Shown: one piece after another, positions 52,410 through 64,000 of the stretch
Layout of the letters: each line of letters starts with the position of its first letter
Numbering within the stretch: position 1 is the first letter of the stretch
Assembly: GCA_951406725.2 (NCBI GenBank)
Contig: OX597822.1
Span: 109,988,001 to 110,052,000, forward strand
DNA length: 64,000 bases
Source of the DNA: Octopus vulgaris
Lineage: Eukaryota
Direction of reading: 5' to 3'
Notes under the pieces: generated by a model
The model's database searches: none
The model's input: the letters and a program-made list of their open reading frames with translations, nothing else
Told to the model about the DNA's origin: nothing
Made by a program: the position numbers and the translations under genes

Positions 52410-52925
52410 CTAAGTAACTTGATAGATATTTCGTTTTTGGATTTGGTTTGCAAGATTCTTTATATGAGTTCGTGTGTTGAAGCATATTCTGTTGTGTCTG
52501 GGGAGAGTCATTTTCTTTTTGTGCCGGTAAAATTTCCACTTATTTTTTACTTTTATTTTCCTAAAATTTGCGTTGTGTCTTGCAACCTTTTCAATAGTTT
52601 TGAATCTATCCGTTATTTACACTGCGTTCCCTTTTGTTTGTTTGTGCGCATGTGTGTGGGTCAGTGTGTGTGTGTGTGCCTATACATGCATGTATGTGCG
52701 TATGTATGTGTATGTCCGTTTGCATGTGTATGTATATATATATATATATGTGGGTGCATGCATATGTATATATGTATGTACGTATCCTGCATATTTATGT
52801 GCTTGCCTGTCCGTGTTTGTGTATTTTCAATGTATGTGGGTGTGAGCACGTGTTTGTATATATATGCACCTCTGTCTCCTTGTGTGTGCTTATGTGTGTG
52901 TGTGTGTGTGTGTGTGTTATGCTAT
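52410..52925. repeat. Unclassified interspersed repeat, copy 2 (see 30978-31460)
   Basis: Direct similarity to copy 1 from ~52485 onward; lacks a 21-nt segment at 52524/52525. Left boundary uncertain. Confidence 0.85.
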
Positions 52926-53603
52926 TTCTAACATTGACCACATAGAGATTCCCTCTCAATTTGCAGCGCTGTATACAAGTGCTCCAATTCATTGAAACTC
53001 ATTCTATAAACTTCGTTCATGTTTATCAACCCTACACAAATAACTTGTACTCTTTATTGTACTTTCTATGTTTTCCCAGTGTTAATGCCAAATAATGAAA
53101 AATTATTTTCATGTGATTTACTCAGAAAGAATCGCTGTAGATGAGATGTTTATATATCTCTTTAGCTATGTCGATTTAAAAGTAAGACTACGTGAAAATG
53201 GTATTTCGTATGCATTAACATTGATGCTCTACTAACGTTTAGTTTCTCCTCATGATTTATGCATGGGTCAGATATTGTGACACACATATATAATGGTTAG
53301 TATCTTTGTCACCTGACGACTGCTGACAGCTACATCTTTTACATGGTTACTTTACAGCACCGAAAAAGTGTGGTCATTAGTCGTGTGTGAAATATATTTC
53401 CTTAAAGAGATGCAGTTTACCACACACACACACACACACACAAGCACACACACATATATATATATGTATATTATCAACACATACATACACACAAACTCAC
53501 ACGCAGACATATATTCTCAGACACGCACATACACACAAACACATGCGCATGCATATTTAGATATACAAAAATATTTGTGTGTACATATACATACATGCAT
53601 ACA

Positions 53604-53663
<60 letters not shown>

Positions 53664-53682
53664 TATATATGTATACATATAT

Positions 53683-53735
<53 letters not shown>

Positions 53736-54132
53736 CCTATATTTATGTGTATATGCATGGATGTTGTTTGCATCTGTGTTTCTTTCCATCTCTCTCTCTC
53801 TCTCTCTATCTATTATATATACGGCAAACATATTCTGTCTGTTTTGCTAGAAAGAGGCAGAAACTGATCAGTCCGGGATATATCGTTAATGGTAAATATT
53901 TTTGATTTTCATTCTCTCCACGAATTTATCCCTTTTGTGTCTCTAGCAATAAGCTTCCTTATTTGGGAGCCTTTTATTATATTTCTATATGAATATTTTT
54001 TCTATATGAATAATATTTTGTCTTATGACTAATTCGTCTTTTGTGCTAGGCCACTGGTAATAATAACCTATGTTATTACCCTTTTTGATTATGTTCACAT
54101 ATTTATATATATATATATATATATATATACAA

Positions 54133-54163
<31 letters not shown>

Positions 54164-54230
54164 CATATATACATACATACATACATACACACATACATAC
54201 ATACACACACATATATATATATATATATAA

Positions 54231-54541
54231 GGCGCATCGCTCAGTGGCTAGAGCGTCGAGCCTATGATCGTAAGGTTGTGAGTTCGATTCCTGCTTGTTG
54301 TGCTCTTGAGCAAGTCATTTTATGTCACGTTGCTGCAATTCCCTCAGCTGTAGAGATGAGTGGCGTCGTCGCTGGGCCTTGCTGTGTCGGCTTTTGATAA
54401 CATTGTTGGCGTGGAGAGTGGAGGCTGGTAGGCATGGGTGACTGCTGCTCTTCCATAAACAACCTTGCTCTGGTCTTAGGACTCGGAGGGTAACTTTCTA
54501 CGTGCAATCCCATGGTCGTTCACGACCGAAAGGGGTCACCC
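54231..54541 (+). mobile_element. tRNA-derived SINE with a CORE-like segment and a distinct tail
   Basis: GGCGCATCGCTCAGTGG (A box), GAGTTCGATTCC (B box), TTGTGCTCTTGAGCAAG; flanked by (TA)n. Confidence 0.75.
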
Positions 54542-54554
54542 ATATATATATATC

Positions 54555-54824
54555 ACCGTGAACGACCAGGCTATCAGATGTTGCTACACATCACTGGTCA
54601 CAATGCGCTTCGCATTGTTTTAGCTTTCAAATGACGCCTCCCCACTGGCAAAGCGAGCAGGCCAACAGAAGATATAGTGAGGGAAAGTTGTGGCGAAAGA
54701 GTACAACAAGGATCGACCCCCCCCCCCTGCCGGAGCCTCATTGAGCTTTAGGTGTTTTCGCTCACTAAACACTGCGATCCTACAACCGCTCGTCCGCTGC
54801 CCTAATCACTAGGCCATTGCGCCT

Positions 54825-54825
<1 letters not shown>
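54555..54825 (-). mobile_element. SINE sharing the head/body of 10648-11035 but with a different tail
   Basis: Minus strand AGGCGCAATGGCCTAGTG...GAGCGAAAACACCTAAAGCTC...CCACAACTTTCCCTCACT, then unrelated 3' sequence. Confidence 0.8.
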
Positions 54826-54864
<39 letters not shown>

Positions 54865-55082
54865 CGTTGAGAGCCAGATTCTAACTTCTACTCCTGATGG
54901 TCTCGTGCATGGCTAAATAACGTGTTCTGGCAACAATAAAATATCAGTGAATTTATGCGCCATGAATCCGTATGGGTGATCCTTTCAAGGTAAAAAACGC
55001 ATTTATTCGGTGTTCTATCACAATATCCACGTTAAGTTTGATGTACAAGTTGCCTTTTTATATTAACACTGTTTCATGTCGA

Positions 55083-55145
<63 letters not shown>

Positions 55146-55170
55146 AAATATATATATATGTATATATATA

Positions 55171-55246
<76 letters not shown>

Positions 55247-55250
<4 letters not shown>

Positions 55251-55412
55251 CTTCTCGGGATCTTTCCTTCTCCTTTGTTTCCGACGAAGAGCTCCGCTCG
55301 AAACGTTAAACCCTCCTTCCCTTCTTTCCTGAGCGTTCAATAATACTTTATTTGTTCCCCGTCCTCGCGTTGCTGTTTTTTTTTGTGTTTCTTTTCTTGT
55401 TTGGATTAACAC
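55247..55412 (+). mobile_element. ~165-bp hammerhead-containing mini-element inside (TA)n (PLE pseudo-LTR derivative)
   Basis: Bounded by (TA)n. Reverse-complement fragments recur at ~38005-38080 and 38161-38190. Confidence 0.65.
55277..55311 (+). ncRNA. 35-nt minimal type I hammerhead motif, CCGACGAA core
   Basis: GTTT-CCGACGAA-GAGC tcc GCTC-GAAAC-GT-T-AAAC with palindromic ACGT in place of helix III. Confidence 0.75.
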
Positions 55413-56240
55413 ATATATATATATGTGTATATATGTATATATGTGTATATATGTATATATATATATATATATATGTGTATATATATATATATATGTATAT
55501 GTATATATATATATATGTGTGTGTGTATGTGTATGTGTATGTATGTATGTTTATATATATATATATATATATATATTTACATGCGTGTACGAATACTGTT
55601 TGTGTATCAGTGTGTAAATATTAGACCAGTCGATTTCTTTTTCATAGAACCAGACTGTTTAACAAAATATTATTCTCTTGTGATTTTAATGCTTTCAAAT
55701 ATCAATAATAAATAACTTCATTCACGTTATCGATTAATAAAGTACCAAACAAGTTACTGTGTCATGTGAAAAGAAGTGACTGCGTTTGTTTACTTACGGT
55801 CTACAGTTTTGACACCGAAATCCGGGCTTTTGCGTCTGGCGTGATTGTTATTGTTGCTATTAGGTATATTGTTTAGCCCCAGATCAGACATTTTCCTGTA
55901 GCCCAGTGATCATAGCTATTTCATTTATAAGTCATTTAACCACAGGTCAGCAATTTCGGGCAGACCTATCGTAATTCGTACTTCAGTCGTTTTTAGCGCA
56001 GTTATAGTAAAACCTGCCTCGCATCCAGCATATATGTATGTCTTAGTCGTGACAGAAATGTATTTACTGAGGAAGAAATAGAAGTAAATTCAATCTGGTT
56101 CATTAATATCTTATTAGCTTGCCATGATCTAAAACCTAACACATGTCTCCATGATAAAACCGCAACGTCATTTGTGACGTATGTTATCTCAATTGACGGA
56201 ATGTCAATATACATAGAAGGGTCGAGCTTCTATGCATATT

Positions 56241-56627
56241 GGCGGCGAGCTGGCAGAACCGTTAGCACGCCGGGCGAAATGCTTAGCGGTATTTCGTCTG
56301 CCGCTACGTTCTGAGTTCAAATTCCTTTGCCTTTCATCCTTTCGGGGTCGATTAAATAAGTAGCAGTTACACACTGGGGTCGATATAATCGACATAATCA
56401 GTCTGTCTGTCCTTGTTTGAAACCTCTGTGTTTTGCCCCTTGTGAGTAGTAAAGAAATAGGTATTTCGTCTGTCTTAACGTTCTGAGTTCAAATTCCGCT
56501 GAGGTCAACGTTGCCTTTCATCCTTTCGGGGTCGGTAAATTAAATACCAGTTGCGTACTGGGGTTGATCTAATCGAATAGACACCGTCCCCAAAATGTCG
56601 GTCTTTGTGCCTAGAGTAGAAAAAAAA
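56241..56627 (+). mobile_element. SINE family B, with an internally duplicated body
   Basis: Head GGCGGCGAGCTGGCAGAA. The block GGTATTTCGTCTG...GTTCTGAGTTCAAATTCC...GCCTTTCATCCTTTCGGGGTCG...CTGGGGTYGAT occurs at 56288 and 56460. Confidence 0.88.
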
Positions 56628-56932
56628 CAATATACATAGAAGCATACAGACACATATTTAAGCTACTTCCGATCCCCTAGCATACATATGCAAGATACCA
56701 AACACTACAGGCCAGCAATCCAATAATTTTGTATGTGCATATGTATATTTATGTGTGAATGAATGTATTAAGACATGCGATACGAATAGATTCCCATGTA
56801 TTAAGACATGTGTGTGTGTGTTAAGACATGGGATACGAATAGATTCTTGCCATGAAGACAGGTGATTAGGTTGGTTTTTATGACGTGCCTTGTGTTTCAA
56901 AGCAATGTGCGATCTTCAGGCAACTTCACGCA

Positions 56933-57070
56933 ACTGCTACTTAATTTTTCGACCCTGAAGGATGAAAGGCAAAATCGACCTCGGCGGAATTTGAACTCAG
57001 AACGTAAAAGCAGACGAAATTCTGCTAAGCATTTCAACTGGCGTTCTGAAATTTCTGCCAGCTTGCCGCC
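56933..57070 (-). mobile_element. SINE family B, 5' half
   Basis: Reverse complement of the family B head and body. Confidence 0.8.
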
Positions 57071-57299
57071 TTACAGTGAACTAATAATGGACGCATAATA
57101 ACACGGGCTGCTAACGTGAAACGGAAGTTATACGAGACGGTGTGCAGAAAGGAGGAGAAAAAGAGTGATGGAGAGAGAAGATGTAAATAAATAAAGAAAT
57201 GTTTAAGAGAGAGGGTGGAAGGCGGATTAAAAAGAGTAAAAAAGAATTAGAAGGTGAAAGGATGAAAGGAAAAAACGTTCATTCATACCTGTCAGGGAT

Positions 57300-58800
57300 A
57301 TAGGGCTAAGACGAAATATGTAACGTTGCTTCTTTCGTTTCCTGGAGAAGGGAGATCTGTGGTGCATGGCCATGCTACACACCGATGAATCTGCAATAGA
57401 ATGATTCGCAGTGTTGAAGCTGGTGGCGACATGTTGGCCTGACATCGGAGTATCATGCTTCTGATATGTTCGCGAAAGGATCCCCAAGGCATCAGCCTTT
57501 TTCTCCAATACAAAGAGCTTCGCAGAGTCTACATATAATACAATATATAAGATCTGCCAAAGTGGAACAGAAGTTCTGTGTTAAGTGATAATACTTCTTA
57601 AGCCCCGGATTGGTGGTAATATTGTTCATGTCGACGAGAACCTTTAATGGTTCCTGGTTGTGCGGAACAGGGAGCTGTAAAGCTTCTAACAAGGTGATTT
57701 CTAAGACTCCTATCTATTTTAAAAGACAGGAGAGGCGGTGTGGGAAAGATAGGGACGGTTGTTGTGTCAGAAAGAAGAATGAGAAAGTTGTGGGTGAGTT
57801 TATATTTTAGAAGGAGGATGGACGGGCGATTGATGACTCGGGCTCGCTGGAGTGTCGGATCGACAACTGATGGTGGATACCCTTGATTTAGAAAAGGATT
57901 GTCGCATCCTTTTGCAATGGGGTTCGAAATCCGAATCAATACCGGAAAGACATCGAAGGCGAAGAAATTAAAATGTATGACAATTTTAATAAGTCTTGGG
58001 GTGAGAGGAAGAGTAGTAGAAATAGGAATGGGAGTCAATAAGTTTATAGTGGACGGAGGTGGAAAGGTGGGTATTGTGTATTTTGATGGAGGCATCCAGA
58101 AAGCAAACAGAAGTATCAGATATAATGTGAATGAATTCCAAGGCTGGGTGAAAGGTGTTAACGAAAGAAATAAAATTGTTGAGCAGGAGTGGCTGTGTGG
58201 TAAGTAGCTTGCTAACCAACCACATGGTTCCGGGTTCAGTCCCACTGCGTGGCATCTTGGGCAAGTGACTTCTGCTATAGCCCCGGGCCGACCAATGCCT
58301 TGTGAGTGGATTTGGTAGACGGAAACTGAAAGAAGCCCGTCGTATATATGTATATATATAAGTATGTGTGTGTGTTTGTGTGTCTGTGTTTGTCCCCCTA
58401 GCATTGCTTGACAACCGATGCTGGTGTGTTTATGTCCCCGTCACTAAGCAGTTCGGCAAAAAGAGACCGATAGAATAAGTACTGGGCTTACAAAGAATAA
58501 GTCCCGGGGTCGATTTGCTCGACTAAAGGCGGTGCTCCAGCATGGCCGCAGTCAAATGACTGAAACAAGTAAAAGAGTAAAAGAGTAAAGAGTTGTCTGT
58601 TAAGGCCTGTGACACCACTAGCGTCGTCGATGTAACGACTATACAACTCTGAGATGGGTCCAGTGAATTGGGCAAAGATTTGCTCCTCTCCATAACCTTC
58701 AAAGCGGTTGGCATAATTAGGGCCTATCTTGGTGTCCTTAGCAACACCACTGACATGCTTATAGAATTCACCAGAGAGGGAGAAACAAGATGATATTATA
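57300..58800 (-). pseudogene. Penelope-like element RT-thumb-GIY-YIG, frameshifted and split by a SINE
   Basis: FSLSGEFYKHVSGVAKDTKIGPNYAN...YSRYIDD...NRQL|NNFISFVNTFHPALEF...CFLD...VHYKLIDSHSYFYYSSSHP...LIYCIICRLCEALCIGE. Confidence 0.9.
58184..58589 (+). mobile_element. SINE family A, near full length, inserted antisense into the PLE RT
   Basis: A box TGGCTGTGTGG and B box GGTTCAGTCCC. GAG lies on both sides and removing the SINE restores the PLE frame. Confidence 0.92.
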
Positions 58801-59930
58801 CGCGTAAACTCCAAAATATCGAAATATCGTAAACAAGTACACACGTACACATACACATATTATGCAAACATATTTATGTTTACAAAATTAAGATGAACTG
58901 ATCGAATTGCTGAGTCGCAGCTAGATTACTTTAGACTTTCCTTGGTGATGTTTACACTCTATGTTCAAGTACAGCAGAGATCAACTTTATCTCGTCTTTT
59001 TATGATGGATAAAGTTCCAATCTTGTAACATGCTCCACTGTTCATATTATTTCTGATTGTCTTCCTGTCTCTCTGATAGTTTTCCATTTTCTCTGATTAC
59101 CTCCTCTCTCTTCCTGTTTCTCTCTTATGCTCTCCCCCTCTCCCCCTTCTCTCTCTCTATCTGTTGAAGAAATAGGGTATAATCAGTCTAGAAGAGGAAA
59201 GGTCACCGTTTGCCCAAGAGTATCGCGCATAGGTCGTAGGTTACATCCAAACCGCTACGTATTCACCTGGAGTTGAGGGCCCAGAGAAAGAATTATAGAT
59301 ATGTGTTGCCGATATATTCTAAATGTGTATTGGCCCTGTACCGCTGATTATTCGTAAGTAAATACTGCCATTATATAACTGACTTATAAGCTAAGTAACG
59401 CAATATATTTGGAAACTATAAATAAATAATGAAGTAACGAAATAGCTAGATGCTATATGTACTGCCGGCATTTATTGCCTAAGTATTGAAATGCAATATT
59501 GGGAGAATGAGCACAAACGCCATTACCGAAGTGTTAAATATATTAGTAGAACTTTCCTATAATTAAGCAGATGAGTTTCGAAGGAAAATTAAATAAATAC
59601 CGAGGTGAAGTTACAATTGAATTCTACATCCAATAATGAAACTTCAACACTTTTCGTCTCTTTGTTCTGTAAATAATTTCTTCAAAGCAGTTTGTAAAGA
59701 GCAGTTTGAATGTTAGAAAATGCGATGTCACACATTAAGCGCAGAATATATTAAACATAGAATACATATAAATGTAAAAAAAAAGTGCAGACTAAAGATA
59801 TAGATAAAACAGTTGTGTACTAAAAATTCACTTTAAATATCAAAATAAATAACACTATATCTAATTAGTCTTTTAGAAGATTCATGTGAAATAGCAGAGG
59901 AGAGAAATCAAACGTTAATTAGACGTTTGA

Positions 59931-59979
<49 letters not shown>

Positions 59980-60293
59980 CATTTAGCATAGAGAAACTGA
60001 GTTATTGAGGAAATTGTGCTTTAGCTTGAAAGAACGTTACATCATAAAGTTGACTGAAGAAATAAATACGCTTGTCTGTAAAACTTTGCTGTAGCACATC
60101 GTTGCAACCAACCACACAACTTGTATTTTATGATTTACACAACCTAATTTTCTTCATTGCATCATTTGTATAGTCTTAATGATTTAGAATTATATTGGTT
60201 AATATACTTATATGAAGTTATGTAATACTTGGAGGTGACAGTCTAGAAGTCATTTCAGTTCATAAATAAACTAGAGTTTAACTCTTCTTACAT

Positions 60294-60632
60294 ACTCTTT
60301 TTCGCTTTTTACTTGTTTCAGTCATTTGACTTATTCTATCGGTCTCTTTTGCCGAACCGCTAAGTGACGGGGACGTAAACACACAAGCATCGGTTGTCAA
60401 GCAATGCTAGGGGAACAAGCACAGACACACAAACATATTCACACACACTTATATATATATACATATATACGACAGACTTCTTTCAGTTTCCGTCTACCAA
60501 ATCCACTCACAAGGCATTGGTCGGCCCGGGGCTATAGCAGAAGACACGTGCCCAAGATGCCACGCAGTGGGACTGAACCCGGAACCATGTGGTTGGTTAG
60601 CAAGCTACTTACCAAACAGCCACTCCTGCGCC
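60294..60632 (-). mobile_element. SINE family A with an internal deletion
   Basis: Matches family A; the tail is joined directly to the body at CATTTGACTTATTCT. Confidence 0.9.
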
Positions 60633-60784
60633 ACATATTCAAGAAGTCATTTAAGCGTAATTAATGAATTTCTTTTATTATGCAGAAATGTAAAGGAACA
60701 CAAAAAAAAAACATTAATTATTTTATGCAAAATATTGATGGAAAATTGTAATGTTTTACAACCCATTACATACTCACGTGTGAA

Positions 60785-61040
60785 GGTGCAGGACTTAGTG
60801 GTTAGAGTATCCGCCTCACGATCGTAAGGCCGTGAGTTCAATTTCTGACAACGCGTTGTGTCCCTCAGCAAGACACTCTATTTGAAGTTGCTCTAGTTCA
60901 CTCTGCTGGCAAAAAAAAGGTGTACTTGTATTTTCAAAGGGCCAGCCTTGTGACATTCTGTGGCACGCTGAATCTCTTTGGGAACTACGTGAATGTTACG
61001 CGTGTCTCTGGAATGCTCAGCCGCTTGCATGTTAATTAGT
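60785..61040 (+). mobile_element. tRNA-derived SINE: CORE-type head with the tail of 10648-11035
   Basis: GGACTTAGTGGTTAG (A box), GAGTTCAATTTC (B box), then TCAAAGGGC..GCCTTGT.AC..TCTGTG.CACGCTGAAT shared with 10858-10960. Confidence 0.75.
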
Positions 61041-61279
61041 GGAAGTGTCACATTTATGAAACTAAAAACCATAAACTAGAAAGGAAACGCTGCTACATTG
61101 ATTAGAGGAAATATCTCTTCAATCAAAGAAAAATCAACGATCTGGGAGAAATCTCTTTGAAGAAATGTTAATTCTTGAGCATGTTCCAACAATTTAACAC
61201 GGTAAAATTTGAAGTTGCACGATTAAATGAAATGATTTTTTAAGGAAGTTTTCTCTTCCAACAGTCTACAACAAATAAC

Positions 61280-61551
61280 GTCAAATACCAAGAGCTTTCC
61301 TAATTATCGTAGCTGTCCCTTGTAGTACTGCTTTCAGGAGCTGCACTAAACTAGTTTTTACGCCTATATCCTCTATTCATTTATTCGAATCTTTAGGAAT
61401 AGTTCTTAATGCAGGGATACATTTTAACCGCACTTTCTATGGTCTCTGTAACTCAATGTCTAGGTCCTGCTACTTTGCTATTTTCTCTATAACACTCACA
61501 TTGGCTTTCTCAATTGGGTTTGAAAAGTCAGTTACCTAGCGCTTTGTCTGG

Positions 61552-61633
<82 letters not shown>

Positions 61634-62940
61634 AATCAAGCGTTCTAGCTTCTATTACTCTGTCAGTCTGACTGTTAAAATCCCACATCGTATATTCCAC
61701 AATTTCTAGCACTTTACTATGTTCACGTTCATAACGCTTATCAGTATAGGCAAATTCTAGGTTTCAATATATGCTCCCGATGATGTCATGTATTTTCTTG
61801 TATTTTTTCATCTGCCAGCGTGCAACATCCGCTATATATATGAGTAAAAAGTTTCACCTATAATTTACATAAGCTACATTGGGAATCTACCTGACTTTGT
61901 CTATCTTAGCATTAAGTTAGTTAGTCGTCAATGCTTGATCTTATGCTGCGAAAATCAAATTTTCTGTTTCCTTTTTCAGCCTTCCTATTTACAACAACAG
62001 CGATTACTATTTTCTGCAAATTTATTTGGAAATCTGCCACGAAAAGTCACTTATCACTCAGAAAATATTACTTCTTTTTTCTGGCATTTAAGTGATCTTG
62101 CATTTTGGATTCTTTTATATCCTAGTGCTGGATATTTGATTCAACGAAGCAGTGCGATGAATATTACATGAGACTCAACGATTTCAATCTACGGCTCACA
62201 GTGTACTGCTTACTCACCAATTGCTCACCGTTCTTTATTTTATAGTAATGTTTCAGTCCATTCTTAGTCAATTAGGGATGGTCGGAATCCTCCCACAACA
62301 GTTTCCCTAACTCCTACTGTTACACTAGAGCTATTAATAAATGTCCCACACAATTCCCTACTTTAGAGACTATATTTATCCTAACTAACTCCACAAAGTC
62401 TTCTACTAATACTAAACCTCTACCAATTTCCGTTGTAGGTCAATACAGTCTTGTCACTCCTTGCGTAGGATGAAGTCCTCCGCTCATTTTGAATTTCTTC
62501 CTAATTCTTTTGCTAATTCAGATTTTGCCCAATCTACAAAAGCTGCCAAATATCTAAGTAAGTATACTGGCCAAATATTTACAGACTTCACTTGATTCAG
62601 ACCATTTAGCTTTTGCTTTATTAACTTTTTAGAGATTATGTGCAATACTTGGCTTGAGAGAGTTACTGCAGGAAGGCAATATATGCGGCAGCTGAATCCG
62701 GCTCCTTGCCATATCTCCATAGGGAGTCAGAAGTGGTTGTCATTGGATTGCTATGACTTCAACAGTCTTAATTTCTGGACTTATATTTCCTTCGATTATA
62801 ATTCAATGGAAAATTTTGTGTGGGACAAGGATGAGAAAAGCAAGGCCTAGCTCAAGAGGTTACTCGAAGATCATCCCAAGTGCGGAACGCATGAACTGGG
62901 TTTGGAGGTGTTTTGCGTCCGTAGCCATGACACGTACGCA
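61280..62940 (-). pseudogene. Decayed R4/Dong-type LINE (RT remnant, zinc finger, RLE)
   Basis: Minus strand KLNGLNQVKSVNIWPVYLLRY...W, GRLKKETENLIFAA*DQALTT, QCSLCK...HIYSGC, WDFNSQTDRVIEARTLDLVVV, QDLDIELQR, LKAVLQGTATIIRKALGI*. An unrelated stretch lies at ~62200-62470. Confidence 0.75.
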
Positions 62941-63013
62941 GTGTTTTTACTTATTATATTATATATTTGTCATTCATTTTATACTTTTTGAGATCTAGTT
63001 TTAAGTTATATAT

Positions 63014-63070
<57 letters not shown>

Positions 63071-64000
63071 TATGTCTATCACTGTTTGAGTTGCATAATA
63101 GTGGTTTTATCTCTAATTTATATTTTATATATTTATGCTGTGAAATTTAATTTAATACTAAATTGAATTTTTCCCTGTAAGTGTCGAGTTATATTCCCTA
63201 ATATTATATATATATATATATGCGCGTGTGTGCGTGTGTGTATGTATGTACATATATATGTGAGTATTTTTATACATATATATAAATTTGCGTGTTACAT
63301 TGTTTTGCTTGTTTCACCATACATTCGTGAGAGAAATATTTCTTCATTTCTTCGGTATTGCAGTATCACAGGTGCTGCATTAATGGCTGCAAGTGTTAGA
63401 AATGAACTCTTAGACTAGGACACGAATAATTCATGCATTTTTCTTTTCCTTTGCTGCTATTTCTATTAAGAAAACGGCCCCGGATTATTCAGCTTTGCAT
63501 CGTAAATAAGTCACATTGTTTATGTATCCAGTGTACAAGCAGAAATAATTGCACCACCACTAAATTAATATAATATGTAATGCGTTCAATGATGTTACTA
63601 AGTCCGGCCCTTTGTTAGGTTATGGATTGCAGGAGAATGATTACTAAGCATATATTTTGAACACTTCTATCCAGATTATATTAACAGACACTCTATCGCA
63701 AATTGTACGCAAAATAGATTTCAAATTGATCGTATTAGGTAAATGGAGAAACGCAACGTATACATCATAGACGATATAATTTAGTATGAATATATAGAAA
63801 CACAGAAAATTAAACGCTTCGCACTTACTTTTATCTCATTACATACAAAACAAAACACATTATTTCTGAGTCCACGATAATATTTGGGAACAAATATAAA
63901 TTAGACATAGTTTACGATGCTCCAGTAAATATAAGCTATTTGCAGATTAATGACCATATTCCTGTAGTTTCTATGAGAGCTTTATATTATTCATACAATG

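Overview
Repeat-saturated, AT-rich eukaryotic DNA with no recognisable host protein-coding exon, rRNA, intact tRNA or CRISPR array. Most ORFs in the track are translations of (TA)n, (CA)n, (AAT)n, (GAA)n or (TAGA)n microsatellites. The mix of tRNA-derived SINEs, R4/Dong-type and RTE LINE fragments, Penelope-like elements (PLEs), Tc1/mariner relics, non-autonomous Helitrons and very dense microsatellites suggests an octopus/coleoid cephalopod intergenic or intronic region (inference, not database-checked). The most interesting signal is RNA structure: eight minimal type I hammerhead-ribozyme (HHR) motifs, most with a palindromic helix III. Five carry a non-canonical CCGANGAA core (U4C) in three unrelated sequence contexts, two carry the compensatory U3:A8 core TTGATAA, and one is canonical. 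Three of the U4C motifs punctuate a ~320-345 bp tandem array that looks like a retrozyme (24977-25790). Other notable items: a three-level nested insertion (R4 > SINE > DD41D-type transposon), a 5'-inverted RTE copy, an RTE 3' tail shared with the main SINE and with a tRNA-Glu-like chimera, R4-type copies associated with (GAA)n instead of (AAT)n, and a precise 21-nt GT-AG indel between two copies of one repeat. All family assignments come from motif recognition by eye.
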